In this document: positions 63,416-64,000 of the stretch, in pieces
How the letters are laid out: every line of letters begins with the position of its first letter
How positions within the stretch are numbered: position 1 is the first letter of the stretch
Virus record (IMG/VR): IMGVR_UViG_2795385619_000008
Span: 14,166-78,165 of that record
From: a virus
Lineage: Duplodnaviria > Heunggongvirae > Uroviricota > Caudoviricetes
Length of the DNA: 64,000 bases
Strand: one strand, 5' to 3'
Position numbers and translations under genes: made by a program
The notes under the pieces: generated by a model
Told to the model about the DNA's origin: nothing
Seen by the model: only the letters and a program-made list of their open reading frames with translations
The model's database searches: none

Positions 63416-64000
63416 CTATTCGGCTTTGCCTCTAATGGCCACCCAGACTGTTGCCTGCATAACTGAGGCAGGAACACCGGCGTGAGCAGCTGCCTTGCGA
63501 TATGCGTCAGCCACCTTGTCATAGGCGCCAGCCCACGCAATCGTTTGTGCCGCAATGGCTTTGTCCATCGTGCCGAACGCTGCACGTGCTGCCCAAACAT
63601 CGACAGTCACGGCGTCGGTATCCCCAAGGATGTTGCGCGCGAACGCTTTAACCTTCGGTCCGTTGCCCAATCCATCTAAGCCCTGCTCAATGACAGCAGC
63701 CGCGCGACGAACGTTCGCCCCCATCACTCCAGAGCGCAGGGGGGAACCTGCTAGGTGATACTCAGCGTCCCGAAGGTTGTCTACCCATCGAGTCTGAGGG
63801 GAGTAGGCCGCGATAACACCGGCCACCACCTCATTGCTTACGTTGTGACGCTCAGCAGCCTCAATAACCCACTGCCGTGCGCTGTCGTACCACTTAGTTC
63901 CCGCATCGTGCTGCCACGGTGCCGCGCTCTGCCAGATTGAAAAGAGCCGGTCGGCCATCTCATCGACTGAGAGGCTGTCAGACTTCCGATTCTTCGACAT
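63416..64000 (-). CDS. Hypothetical protein. The ATG coincides with the window end.
   Basis: ORF of 194 aa. Confidence 0.45.
   Translation of the reverse strand: MSKNRKSDSLSVDEMADRLFSIWQSAAPWQHDAGTKWYDSARQWVIEAAERHNVSNEVVAGVIAAYSPQTRWVDNLRDAEYHLAGSPLRSGVMGANVRRAAAVIEQGLDGLGNGPKVKAFARNILGDTDAVTVDVWAARAAFGTMDKAIAAQTIAWAGAYDKVADAYRKAAAHAGVPASVMQATVWVAIRGKAE

Noticed and set aside
1-64000. CRISPR arrays, rRNA genes, transposases and IS elements.
   Set aside because: No direct-repeat and spacer arrays, rRNA-like segments or transposase-like ORFs were seen anywhere in the window.

Overview
This window is a near-complete temperate siphovirus genome segment, most likely an actinobacteriophage of Mycobacterium or a related host. 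Lysin B, glycine-rich minor tail proteins, WhiB-like regulators and about 61% GC support that assignment. The layout from left to right is as follows. Positions 1-23 kb form the plus-strand structural arm: scaffold C-terminus, a major capsid with a C-terminal Big_2 domain, head-tail connectors, a major tail protein with Big_2, the G/GT tail assembly chaperones with a -1 frameshift, a 1916-aa tape measure with lysozyme-like domains, and minor tail proteins. Next comes the lysis cassette of LysA amidase, a holin-like protein, LysB and NrdH. Positions 23.1-25.9 kb hold a six-gene reverse-strand island that includes a Pol-beta nucleotidyltransferase, bounded by a bidirectional terminator and a 770-bp divergent control region. 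Positions 26.6-46.1 kb are the early and replication arm: an Erf annealase, a PD-(D/E)XK exonuclease, a ClpP-like protease, SSB, a DnaB-like helicase, two WhiB-like proteins, three HNH endonucleases, a DnaQ-like exonuclease, a Cys-based phosphatase, an SPFH protein and a tandem four-member paralog array. Positions 46.2-51.5 kb are a dense RNA island with about 24 tRNAs, a tmRNA whose tag is ANAHQSDYVLAA, several unexplained structured RNAs and a possible permuted tRNA-like element. A GGQ release-factor-like ArfB/PrfH-type protein follows, and a Pth2 peptidyl-tRNA hydrolase lies 1.3 kb downstream. Taken together these look like a phage translation-rescue toolkit. A reverse-strand serine integrase sits at 56.7-58.1 kb, and a reverse-strand block of small genes with a repeated hairpin element runs to the window end. 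A conserved 12-15 bp motif, GGTTCATGTGGGTAG, recurs nine times, mostly intergenic. All coordinates of RNAs were derived by hand-folding and may be off by a few nucleotides.
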